Position numbers and translations under genes: made by a program
The notes under the pieces: model-generated
The model's input: the letters and a program-made list of their open reading frames with translations, nothing else
What the model was told of the DNA's origin: nothing
The model's database searches: none
In this document: piece after piece, positions 38,568 through 47,412 of the stretch
Layout: each line of letters opens with the position of its first letter
Numbering within the stretch: the stretch's first letter is position 1
Assembly: GCA_964463145.1 (NCBI GenBank)
Contig: CAYXBG010000001.1
Span: 1-54,267 of the forward strand
DNA: 54,267 nucleotides
Source: an uncultured Acidobacteriota bacterium
GTDB lineage: Bacteria; Acidobacteriota; UBA6911; RPQK01; CBDAPI01
Direction of reading: 5' to 3'

Positions 38568-40421
38568 CTATTCCTCTAGTGTCGCAACCAGGGTTTCTGC
38601 CTCAACCAACAATTCCTCGAGAATGCTCAGGCCAGAGTCCCAAAACTTCGGATCCTCCAAGCTCAATCCGAAATGACTAACCAGAGCCTGCGGCGAATCA
38701 GTACCTCCAGAACGGAGTAATTCAATATAGCGCGGCACAAAGCTTTTACCTTCAGAGCGATATTGGCTCCACAAAGAAAATACCAATAACTCACCAAAAG
38801 CGTAGGCATAACAATAAAATGGGCTATGCACAAAATGCCCTATGTAAGACCACCACTGTCCATACTCAGGTGTCAGCTCGAGGGCATCTCCGTGCATCTG
38901 GGTATTCACATCCAACCAAATTCGATCGAAGTCATCTGAAGACAACTCTCGGCGTCCTCTGGCCGAGTGTACTCTCTCCTCGAATCGAGTGAGTACAATC
39001 TGCCTGAAAACTGTTGCAAACGAATCCTCCAACTTACGACATAAAAACGGAAGCCTTGAGTGAGGATCCCCTTCCTTCTCCCCTATTTTGTCGAAAATCA
39101 ACATTTCCCCAAAAATGCTGGCTGTTTCGGCCAGAGTCAACGGTGTATGAAACTGCAAAATACCCTGTTCACGCGCCAGGTACTGGTGGACTCCATGGCC
39201 TAGTTCATGGGCCAGGGTCATGACATCATTCAATTTTCCATTGAAATTGACCAAGATGTAAGGGTGAACTGATGGGATAGTCGCACTGCAAAAAGCCCCT
39301 CCTCGCTTACCGGACCGTGGCTCAGCATCGACCCAATTCTGGGAAAGAAATTTGTCAACAATTTCTCCCAGCACAGGACTGAAACGATGATAGGATTCGC
39401 TAACCAGTTCACACGCTGTCTCCCATTTACAACTGTAGGCAGTTCCTCCATCCATCATGATCGGGGCATATCTATCATAATCGTAGAGTTTTGGGAGACC
39501 CAGAAGTGTGGCCTTCAAACGATAATAACGCTCGACAATGTCTTGGCGTTTTTCCACTGCTATTAGCAGGGAATTAAAGCTCTCCTCATTAATCTCGTTA
39601 TCCAGATGCCTGCTCGATGCTGGATCCCCAAAATTCTTGAGCCGGGAATCTACAGCGTGATCTTTAACTGACGTGTTCAGAATAAAGGAGGCGAGATGAC
39701 TATTAGCCCTCAATCCGCGCGTGAATGCTTCATGAGCCGTTTTGCGGACATTCCTATCTGAGTCGTAAAGTAGCGATAGTATTTCACTTTGGGTCATCTC
39801 ACGGCTGTCACCTTCGATCTCGACTTGAAAGCGAGCCGCACTAGTAATCTCATCGAAAAGTCGACGGAATGCATCTATCCCAGTCAGTCTCTTCTCGGCC
39901 AGAACAATCTCTTCTGGTTCGGTTAAGGTATGCGGCTTATATCTACGACTACTCAACAAGAAGTGCCTCCATCGACGGCATTCATCGCTCTCAAGGATAG
40001 ACAGTGCCACTTCGTCCGAAAGGGTAATCCAGTCCAATTCAAAAAACATCAAAATGGTCTGCACCTCTGTAAGCGCCTCCTGAGACGCTGCAAGAAGCTT
40101 CCCGTGTGCCGGTAGAGCCGAGTCGGCCGAGTGCAACAAACTCGCGTAACAAAATGGTTTATAGGTTGTTTCTAAGACCTCTTCGTAAGCAACTAAAGCG
40201 GTAGCCAGCACTGCGGCGGATATGCTTTGATCTTTAATCTGATTCTCAAACTGACCCCGAAAAGTATTAGCCAACTCAACAGCCTTTTCCATATCAGCTT
40301 GGACTGCTGGGCTATCCGGGGAAGCGTAAAGATCACTCAGGTTCCACCGTGCATTTGTGGTCTCCCTTACTCCAACTCCAACAACTGGTACGCTACGCTT
40401 GTAATTTTCCAAATGTCTCAA
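38568..40421 (-). CDS. pepF: M3-family oligoendopeptidase F
   Basis: HELGHGVH zinc motif with downstream ETASIFGE. 617 aa. Confidence 0.9.
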   Translation of the reverse strand: MRHLENYKRSVPVVGVGVRETTNARWNLSDLYASPDSPAVQADMEKAVELANTFRGQFENQIKDQSISAAVLATALVAYEEVLETTYKPFCYASLLHSADSALPAHGKLLAASQEALTEVQTILMFFELDWITLSDEVALSILESDECRRWRHFLLSSRRYKPHTLTEPEEIVLAEKRLTGIDAFRRLFDEITSAARFQVEIEGDSREMTQSEILSLLYDSDRNVRKTAHEAFTRGLRANSHLASFILNTSVKDHAVDSRLKNFGDPASSRHLDNEINEESFNSLLIAVEKRQDIVERYYRLKATLLGLPKLYDYDRYAPIMMDGGTAYSCKWETACELVSESYHRFSPVLGEIVDKFLSQNWVDAEPRSGKRGGAFCSATIPSVHPYILVNFNGKLNDVMTLAHELGHGVHQYLAREQGILQFHTPLTLAETASIFGEMLIFDKIGEKEGDPHSRLPFLCRKLEDSFATVFRQIVLTRFEERVHSARGRRELSSDDFDRIWLDVNTQMHGDALELTPEYGQWWSYIGHFVHSPFYCYAYAFGELLVFSLWSQYRSEGKSFVPRYIELLRSGGTDSPQALVSHFGLSLEDPKFWDSGLSILEELLVEAETLVATLEE

Positions 40422-40423
40422 AT

Positions 40424-41323
40424 TTATTCTCCCGAGATTGCGATCAGCGATAGGGGGTCTACCCGAGTTCGCATCAAGCGGACACTCCAGTGAAGGTGTG
40501 GGCCTGTTACTCGTCCGGTAGCACCTACCTCCCCCAAGACTTGGCCCCTATACACCATCTGCCCCACCTTAACATGGGCCTTGGAAAGATGGGCAAAGTA
40601 GGAAATCATGCCCTGCCCATGGTCCAGAATCACCGTATTGCCTGAGTAGTAAAGATTGTCAACCAGCGCCACTTTTCCTGAATTGGGCGATTTTATAAGT
40701 GTTCCAGTTGTTGCTCGAAAATCGGTTCCCGAATGAGGGCTGCGACTGACCCCATTCAGGATGCTTCTTTTCCCAAAACCACTAGTGGTTGCTCCGGGAA
40801 CTGGAGATTCAAAGGGCCCACTCCAAAAACGAGTTGGGGTAATAGATTTGAAAATTTGACCTGTGCGTTGCGAATCTTCCCTGATTTTTTTGAGTGACTC
40901 CTTCGGAGGATTAACAAACTTGGCTGCTACAGTAAGGCGACGTGTAGGGAATTGCTTGTCCTTAATATTTAACTCATAAAGAGCCTTGAATGTCCCTCCG
41001 TCCTTGTAAACACCCTCTACAGAAAGCTCTGTGGTCGATGGCTCAACCATCAGATCCAGCCCAACAAGGATATCCCACCGTCTTGAGGTGGCGGTTGGAT
41101 ATCCTACAAATACCCGGCCTTCGAATTCAGCTTGTACTTTCATGAGGAATCGTTCTGATTCGACGATTACTCGGACGACCTCTCCAGGTTGAATGGATCT
41201 GGCCGCGTGGCGAATATTGACCTGCTGCCTAGAATTAGATTCTGCGCTTGCGAGGAAAAAACCCGGAGAGATGACCGAGTAAATTCCAAACAAGGCACAA
41301 AACCACAATGAATTATTTCTCAC
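40424..41323 (-). CDS. M23 (LytM-type) metallopeptidase with signal/anchor
   Basis: C-terminal HSGTDFRA...NTVILDHGQGMISYFAHLS...VGATGRVTGPHLHWSV. GTG 41323 overlaps the upstream stop (GTGA). The longer tracked ORF to 41611 overlaps the YkoF-like gene. Confidence 0.8.
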   Translation of the reverse strand: MRNNSLWFCALFGIYSVISPGFFLASAESNSRQQVNIRHAARSIQPGEVVRVIVESERFLMKVQAEFEGRVFVGYPTATSRRWDILVGLDLMVEPSTTELSVEGVYKDGGTFKALYELNIKDKQFPTRRLTVAAKFVNPPKESLKKIREDSQRTGQIFKSITPTRFWSGPFESPVPGATTSGFGKRSILNGVSRSPHSGTDFRATTGTLIKSPNSGKVALVDNLYYSGNTVILDHGQGMISYFAHLSKAHVKVGQMVYRGQVLGEVGATGRVTGPHLHWSVRLMRTRVDPLSLIAISGE

Positions 41324-41631
41324 GTGGAGGCACCCCGAAGACGGCCTCGTACACTCTCGACCTTGTCCCGCATAGTTTGATCGCGGTCGCTGCGTGTTCC
41401 AAGCTTGATGGTTGTGGAAATACGAGGAGCTCCCATCGCATGCACTTTTTCGTGACACTCGCGCAGTGAGGCCATTACCAATCCCCACTCTCCTTCTACG
41501 TTGGTACCGTACGCATGAAGATGGCAATGGAGTCCCGCTCGGTTGAGTATGTCTCCACAGGCAGCAATGTACGAAGAAAGACTTACTCCAACACCTATAG
41601 GCACAATACAAATGTCAGCAATAACCTTCAT
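41320..41631 (-). CDS. MTH1187/YkoF-family (UPF0045, thiamine-binding-like) small protein
   Basis: MKVIADICIVPIGVGVSLSSYIAAC...GTNVEGEW...RISTTIKLGTRSDR. GAGG lies 8 nt upstream of ATG 41631. Confidence 0.75.
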   Translation of the reverse strand: MKVIADICIVPIGVGVSLSSYIAACGDILNRAGLHCHLHAYGTNVEGEWGLVMASLRECHEKVHAMGAPRISTTIKLGTRSDRDQTMRDKVESVRGRLRGAST

Positions 41632-41764
41632 AACAATAACCTCGTTCCTTCCTAATCGAGCTGCAAACCTGGCCCTGGCGCATTCTCCCATATCGATCTG
41701 ATTGTCCGAGGTAGCGGAATGAAACTCTGTCCCACGAATTAGCTATGGGAAAATTTGGAATGAT

Positions 41765-42877
41765 CTAGGAACAAGTAATTTTTTTGTAGAGGCTTTCATA
41801 TAAGGGAATTACGCGAGTCGTACCAAACCTTTGCAGGGCGGCTTCACGGGCTTCACGGGATATTTTTACGTAGAGATCTTCATCTTGCAAAAGTCGCCCC
41901 ACCTTGCCTGCCTGGGCATTAATGTCTCCCGGTAATTCCATATAACTATCGATGCCGTTTCTAATCACTTCGGGGACGCCACCGGTCTGCGTCGCGACTG
42001 CGGGAACCCCACATGACATCGCTTCCAGAGCAACAAGCCCAAAACCCTCTAATTGGCTCGGTAAGAGAAGAATGTCAGCCTCAAGGAGAATCTGATGGAT
42101 TTGCCCTTGCTTACCCAAGAACTCAACATACGAAGCAAGACCTAATTCTTGAGCTAGTTCCTCAGCAGCCCTTCTATCAGGGCCATCCCCTACCATCAAA
42201 AGGCGCGCAGGTGTTTTTTCGCGAACTAGCTTCAGGATCCGGATACAATCCAATATTCGTTTTACCGGACGGAAATTAGAGATGTGAATCAATATTCTTT
42301 CTGACCCCTGAGCATACCCTGTGTTTTTGCGGGGTTTGTAAAGTTCGCAATTCACAAAGTTCGGCACTACATGGATTTTTTTCTCTATTCCAAAAACATC
42401 TCGTGTTTTGTCAGCCAAATAACGACTAGTCGTAGTGACCCCGTCCGACCGTTGGATAGAAAAACGGGTTATAGGAAAATATGCCCGCTCCAAGCCAACC
42501 AGCGTTATGTCAGTACCGTGTAGGGTCGTGATATAGGGAACGCGCCTGTGCTCATCTAGGACACTTTGAGCCAGCAGTGCTGAGACTGAATGAGGAATCG
42601 CATAATGGACATGCAACAAATCAAGTCCTTCACTCCGGATAACTTCCGACATTCGTGACGCAAGGGCTAGGGTATAAGGCTGATGCTGAAAAAGCGGATA
42701 GTCAACAACCTCCACTTCATGATAGTGAATGCCAGGAATTCCGGTATCCAGGCGGATCGGATTTTCATAGGTTATAAAATGAATTTCATGGCCTCTGGTT
42801 GCTAGCTCCATACCCAGTTCAGTGGCCACGATCCCACTCCCGCCATATGTAGGGTAGCAGGTCATGCCAATCTTCAT
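41765..42877 (-). CDS. bshA: GT4 glycosyltransferase, BshA-like (N-acetyl-alpha-D-glucosaminyl L-malate synthase)
   Basis: MKIGMTCYPTYGGSGIVATELGMELATRGHEIHFIT...TTLHGTDIT...ISNFRPVKR...LLMVGDGPD...EGFGLVALEAMSCGVP is collinear with Bacillus BshA as I recall it. AGGAGG lies upstream of ATG 42877. Confidence 0.8.
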   Translation of the reverse strand: MKIGMTCYPTYGGSGIVATELGMELATRGHEIHFITYENPIRLDTGIPGIHYHEVEVVDYPLFQHQPYTLALASRMSEVIRSEGLDLLHVHYAIPHSVSALLAQSVLDEHRRVPYITTLHGTDITLVGLERAYFPITRFSIQRSDGVTTTSRYLADKTRDVFGIEKKIHVVPNFVNCELYKPRKNTGYAQGSERILIHISNFRPVKRILDCIRILKLVREKTPARLLMVGDGPDRRAAEELAQELGLASYVEFLGKQGQIHQILLEADILLLPSQLEGFGLVALEAMSCGVPAVATQTGGVPEVIRNGIDSYMELPGDINAQAGKVGRLLQDEDLYVKISREAREAALQRFGTTRVIPLYESLYKKITCS

Positions 42878-43092
42878 GCTTGCCCTCCTTACCCTCACTT
42901 CGTCTATGGCCCTATTACCACATTGATGCTGTCACCTGATTCTAGTCGCGTAAATCGATTCTGTCTCCCTAGTCTCCCTAATAAAATCCAAAGCAGAACT
43001 ATTCCTTCTACTGCAAAACAACCCTGATTAAAACGGCATCGAAGAGAGGCCTCCTTGCTAAACAGATCTATTCAAGCTAATGTGAAGCCAAG

Positions 43093-44322
43093 TTGAGTAA
43101 ATCAGGAAAGCCCTCTAAACAAGCTGAGGACCTGGTCTACGACCACTGTTACACATCGGTTTCCCTAGCAGAAATGCTTTCCTCTGCCGAGAATCGGGGG
43201 AAAATTCGCCGTCTTCCCGTACCTCAACTTTACTACGGATTATTCGAGCTTATCGAAACCGAGATGCTTTCCTTGCTACCCCACATCACACAAGAACAGT
43301 GGCAAGGGATCCTCGATCTCGCGCTATGGCGGAAAGATCGGGTGAAGCCTGGTCAGTTTTTACAATGGTCACAATTTCTTCTGAAGGCAGAGATGCCGGT
43401 CGCTCGAAAACTCTTTAGGGGAGTTGACTCTGAGATTTGGGAATTATCCTTCAAGCAACATCTGAAGGTTGTTGTGCGTGATACAGGAGTGGATGATCCA
43501 GTCAATGAAGACGGCAACTGGATCGAAACCCCTGACGGAGCTTTCCATATCCGGCTGCCCGACGACCCAGAAATGGCTAAGATCTTTCAACCCCTTATTG
43601 CTCGTCTTTACGAACTGGATGCGTTACAAATCTGGGACTTATTGCTCTCAGCTCAAGCCCGGACCAGTATAGAGCTTGAGGAAGAGGCGTACCAAGCTCG
43701 GAGACGTCGTATGGAGGACTTTGGTTTTCAAGACTATTTCGATGCGATTTCAATATACGCCCCCTTGTATCCGGAGGAATCTCTTCCAAAAAAGAATCCT
43801 GTAGAAACAACCTTTTCCTCAGTACCCACAATTGTTAATTCTGACCCTACCGAACTAATGGTTATGCAAGCTTTAGCCCAAGCTGCCCAGCCGGCTCTTC
43901 TTGAAGAAATCTTTTTCGTTACCAACAAAGTCCTGTCAGCAGACCTGGTTTCACCCGATGACCCTCAAAAACTGAAGATTGGCATTCGCAAAACGATTTC
44001 TGGCATTAATCTAGGGCTGGAACTTTGGTCAGGCGGGAATCTAGACAGAGCAGTTCAGGGGGTTAAGAAACACCCTTTGAGCACTTTTTTCCGAATTGGA
44101 TATGGGCAACTTCTAAAGCTACAAAAAGAAGCTCGGCTAATACCTCAAGATCACCAGAAAGATTATCTGTCCCATTTGGAGATGGGGCTTAGTCGACGGT
44201 ATCCGCTACTGGCCGTGCGAACACCTGAAAGAATCAAAAAACGATTTTTCCGGACAACCGTAGATATCAACCGCTGCCAACACATATTGGAATACTACAT
44301 ATCTCAACACAACTGGGAGTAA
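43093..44322 (+). CDS. hypothetical 409-aa soluble protein
   Basis: Long uninterrupted ORF (TTG start) with ordinary composition. No motif recognised. Confidence 0.65.
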   Translation: MSKSGKPSKQAEDLVYDHCYTSVSLAEMLSSAENRGKIRRLPVPQLYYGLFELIETEMLSLLPHITQEQWQGILDLALWRKDRVKPGQFLQWSQFLLKAEMPVARKLFRGVDSEIWELSFKQHLKVVVRDTGVDDPVNEDGNWIETPDGAFHIRLPDDPEMAKIFQPLIARLYELDALQIWDLLLSAQARTSIELEEEAYQARRRRMEDFGFQDYFDAISIYAPLYPEESLPKKNPVETTFSSVPTIVNSDPTELMVMQALAQAAQPALLEEIFFVTNKVLSADLVSPDDPQKLKIGIRKTISGINLGLELWSGGNLDRAVQGVKKHPLSTFFRIGYGQLLKLQKEARLIPQDHQKDYLSHLEMGLSRRYPLLAVRTPERIKKRFFRTTVDINRCQHILEYYISQHNWE

Positions 44323-44384
44323 CCGACCAACCAGAACTGAGACAACTAACTATTGAGAAACTTCCAAATTAGCTAGTAGACTTT

Positions 44385-44398
44385 CCGGGGAAACCCGG
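44385..44398 (+). other. GNRA-tetraloop hairpin CCGGG-GAAA-CCCGG between the hypothetical gene and the symporter
   Basis: Perfect 5-bp GC stem with a GAAA loop, 31 nt upstream of ATG 44429. No U-tract follows. Confidence 0.3.
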
Positions 44399-44428
44399 TC
44401 ACCCGTATACAACCGGTAGTTTAGAAAA

Positions 44429-45847
44429 ATGACGCGCGAATCTGCAACACTGATAACCCTGCTATTCTACATGGTGGCCTTAATCACCATTGGCTGGATC
44501 GCACATCGCAGAACAAAGAATCCAGTAGATTTCTACCTGGCAGGTAGGGGTCTTGGTCCCATAGTAGCGGCAATAAGTGCTGCTGCTTCGTCTTCATCAG
44601 TCTGGACCCTACTAGGTGTAAGCGGAGCAGCATACACCTTTGGGCTATCGTCTCTGTGGCTTTTCCCGGGATGCGTGGGTGGCTTTGTATTGAATTGGTA
44701 TGTTGTGGCACGACCCCTCAGAAACTGGAGCCATCAGAGAGGTGTCGTAACCATCACTGAGGTTATTGCAGGCCCTAAAAATCGCCCCTTGAATCGTACT
44801 ATCTCCACTATTTGCGCCCTCATTGTATTGGTTTGTCTGGGCGCATATGTTGCAGCCCAATTTCAGGGTGCGGGAAAGACCTTTAACCAAACATTCGATT
44901 GGTCCCTCACTCACAGTATCTTGCTTGGAAGTGGGATAGTAATGGCCTATACGCTGCTTGGCGGTTTCTGGGCAGTCAGTCTCACCGACACTCTACAGGG
45001 AATGATCATGATGTTGGCAGCTGTCGCCGTCCCTATTACTGCACTCATTGGCGTGGGCGGCCCTTTTGGGCTTGTGGAAGGATTGTGGCGGATTGACGCT
45101 CCAGGGTACATGAGCCTAACAAGAAATTTACCTGCAGCCAGTGCTTTGGGATTTATTATGGGTCTACTAGGTATCGGGATCGGATACCCCGGACAACCCC
45201 ACGTTGTGAATCGACTCATGGCGTTGAGAAAAGGAGAAAATGCACTAAGGAAAGCGCGTAGGATCGCTATCGTGTGGGCCATGACTGTATTTGCCGGAAT
45301 GCTACTGTTAGGTCTCTCAGGCAGGGTAATGTTTCCAGACCTTCGAGACCCAGAGGTGATCTTTCTGACGGTTACAAATGCTTACATGCACCCGGTGGCA
45401 GCCGGCATCCTGATTGCTGCAGTTGTTTCAGCAATCATGTCTACAGCAGATAGCCAGCTCTTAGTTGCAGGGTCAGCCGTGACAAACGATCTTCGACTAG
45501 GCGGAAATTCCCCTAAAACTCTTTTATTGCGCTCACGACTTGTCGTGGTTGTTATCAGCGGTTGCGCCGTAATGGCAGCACTATTGGGAAGTCGCCAAAT
45601 TTTCTCTCAGGTCCTTTTCGCTTTTTCAGCTATGGGAAGTGCCTTCGGGCCAGTACTGCTTGTGACGCTTATGGCAGGTGAAGTAAAACCTCACCATACT
45701 CTGCTGTCTATTCTTTGTGGATTTGGTTTAAGCACAATCGCTTTTTTCCTCTTCCCCGCCCCAGAGACAAAGGGGCTGGAACGAGTCGTGCCATTCCTGT
45801 TTGCGCTGCTAATTGCTTGGGTCGGCAGAGAAAAATCCCGACAATAA
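44429..45847 (+). CDS. sodium:solute symporter (PutP-like SSS)
   Basis: FYLAGRGLGP..., GYPGQPHVVNRLMA, STADSQLL motifs. 472 aa. Confidence 0.85.
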   Translation: MTRESATLITLLFYMVALITIGWIAHRRTKNPVDFYLAGRGLGPIVAAISAAASSSSVWTLLGVSGAAYTFGLSSLWLFPGCVGGFVLNWYVVARPLRNWSHQRGVVTITEVIAGPKNRPLNRTISTICALIVLVCLGAYVAAQFQGAGKTFNQTFDWSLTHSILLGSGIVMAYTLLGGFWAVSLTDTLQGMIMMLAAVAVPITALIGVGGPFGLVEGLWRIDAPGYMSLTRNLPAASALGFIMGLLGIGIGYPGQPHVVNRLMALRKGENALRKARRIAIVWAMTVFAGMLLLGLSGRVMFPDLRDPEVIFLTVTNAYMHPVAAGILIAAVVSAIMSTADSQLLVAGSAVTNDLRLGGNSPKTLLLRSRLVVVVISGCAVMAALLGSRQIFSQVLFAFSAMGSAFGPVLLVTLMAGEVKPHHTLLSILCGFGLSTIAFFLFPAPETKGLERVVPFLFALLIAWVGREKSRQ

Positions 45848-45854
45848 AGCCTAG

Positions 45855-45874
45855 CAGGCAATATTAATTGCCTG
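45855..45874. terminator. 8-bp stem / 4-nt loop hairpin just after the symporter stop
   Basis: CAGGCAAT-ATTA-ATTGCCTG starts 8 nt after the TAA stop at 45845-45847. There is no clear T-run, so the terminator call is weak. Confidence 0.3.
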
Positions 45875-46047
45875 AATGACTCAATCGAGATCGAAGCATG
45901 CCATTAGATTCCCATGTATCATGCCCAAAACCATTTTTCATTTCTGCTATTCTGGTGCGAACAGCTGACCGCAGAGAACCAATTGGTTCAAGCTGGTCGT
46001 AACGAGACTCACCTAAGGAGCGGTACTCCGAATGCCCAGGAGGCACC

Positions 46048-47394
46048 TTGAAGATTGTACAAAAAATAAGATCCAGAACCATTTCTCCACAAGCACTTAT
46101 TGAAAATTCCCTGAGAAGGATAGAATCCCTCAACGAGGTCTTTCATGCCTATCTGGCAACCAATCCCCATGCGATCGGCCAGGCTCAACAGCGTGGGAAT
46201 GAACTGAAGTCCGGCCAATGGCGCGGGCCTCTTCACGGGATGCCTATCTCTATTAAGGATCTCGTCCAGACTGCTGATTTGCCAACTACTGCCGGATCCA
46301 AAGTCGTTTCCAGGAGAATTAACTGTGGGCAAGATGCCGCACTGATCAAGAGGTTACGTGAGGCAGGGGCTATCATACTTGGAAAAACAAACCTTCATGA
46401 ATTCGCTTATGGGGTCACAACAGAAAATTTTCACTTCGGGACTGCTGTCAACCCCTGGAATAATCGAGTGGTGGCAGGAGGCTCCAGTGGCGGATCAGCA
46501 GTATCGGTTGCGACCGAAATGTGCCAAGGTTCCGTGGGCACCGATACACGTGGATCGATTCGAATCCCCGCAGCGGCTTGCGGAGTAACTGGATTTAAAC
46601 CAACTGCTAAGATCGTTCCAATGTCAGGTGTTGTCCCTTTGTCTCCGAGTCTGGACCATGCAGGGCCAATAGCTAGAACAGCTGAGATGGCAGCTGTTCT
46701 CGTCTCTTGCATGGCCCAGGATAAGAGTCTCGACCCCTATATATCGCCCTATGAGCCACTTCCCTCAAATTTCCAGATAGGTGTCTCCACCTATCATATG
46801 GACAGAATTGATCTAGAAATCAAGCAAGCAATTTGGAGGGCAATCGACATCTTCAAGCAGGTTGGAGTCAGTATCAAATCCGTTAATATTGATGGAATCG
46901 AAGATGCGCTACATGCTTCGACTATTATCACTAGTGTTGAGGCACTGCAATTCCATAGACCACTCATGGAAAAACAGCCTGAAGCGTATGGCCCAAAAGT
47001 TCTAGAGCGCTTGGAAGCAGGCCAGCAATATAGCGCTGCAGAACTGGAGGCAGCGCAAATGACACAAAAGAGAATAGCGAGTTCGTTTGCCAAAAAACTG
47101 CAAGAAGTGAATTGCCTGATTGGAGCTACTCTCCCATGCCTGCCTTCCGACCTCGGTGCAGATTCACTGCAAATTAACGGTCGCAAAGAAAGTGTAGTGA
47201 ATGCCTTTACACGGCTCAATGCTCCTCAAAACCTATCCGGGATCCCTGCACTCGCATTACCATGTGGCTTTTCCAAAACCGGACTTCCTCTGTCAATGCA
47301 GGTTATGGGGGCGAGAGGGCAAGATCGTCTGGTGTTACAAGTCGGGCAGTTCTATCAGACTTTAACTGACTGGCATCGGAGAAACCCTTTTTGA
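46048..47394 (+). CDS. amidase (amidase-signature family, GatA-like)
   Basis: GMPISIKDL...GGSSGGSAVSVA...GTDTRGSIRIPAA signature. TTG start with AGGAGG 5 nt upstream. Confidence 0.85.
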   Translation: MKIVQKIRSRTISPQALIENSLRRIESLNEVFHAYLATNPHAIGQAQQRGNELKSGQWRGPLHGMPISIKDLVQTADLPTTAGSKVVSRRINCGQDAALIKRLREAGAIILGKTNLHEFAYGVTTENFHFGTAVNPWNNRVVAGGSSGGSAVSVATEMCQGSVGTDTRGSIRIPAAACGVTGFKPTAKIVPMSGVVPLSPSLDHAGPIARTAEMAAVLVSCMAQDKSLDPYISPYEPLPSNFQIGVSTYHMDRIDLEIKQAIWRAIDIFKQVGVSIKSVNIDGIEDALHASTIITSVEALQFHRPLMEKQPEAYGPKVLERLEAGQQYSAAELEAAQMTQKRIASSFAKKLQEVNCLIGATLPCLPSDLGADSLQINGRKESVVNAFTRLNAPQNLSGIPALALPCGFSKTGLPLSMQVMGARGQDRLVLQVGQFYQTLTDWHRRNPF

Positions 47395-47412
47395 GTTAAT
47401 ATTGTTCTCGGG

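Noticed and set aside
41632-41764. Possible TPP riboswitch upstream of the YkoF-like gene. The minus-strand leader contains ...GGGACAGAG...CAATCAGATCGATATGGGAGAATGCGCCAGGG...
   Set aside because: It lacks the conserved CUGAGA element and the ACCUGAUCUGGAUAAUGCCAGCG core. The resemblance is superficial.
45864-46133. 89-aa minus-strand ORF in the 200-nt gap between the symporter and the amidase.
   Set aside because: Its 5' third overlaps the amidase start region, which has a strong AGGAGG-TTG initiation site. No motif was recognised and no start codon lies within the gap with an SD. It is possibly a gene remnant, but this is unsupported.
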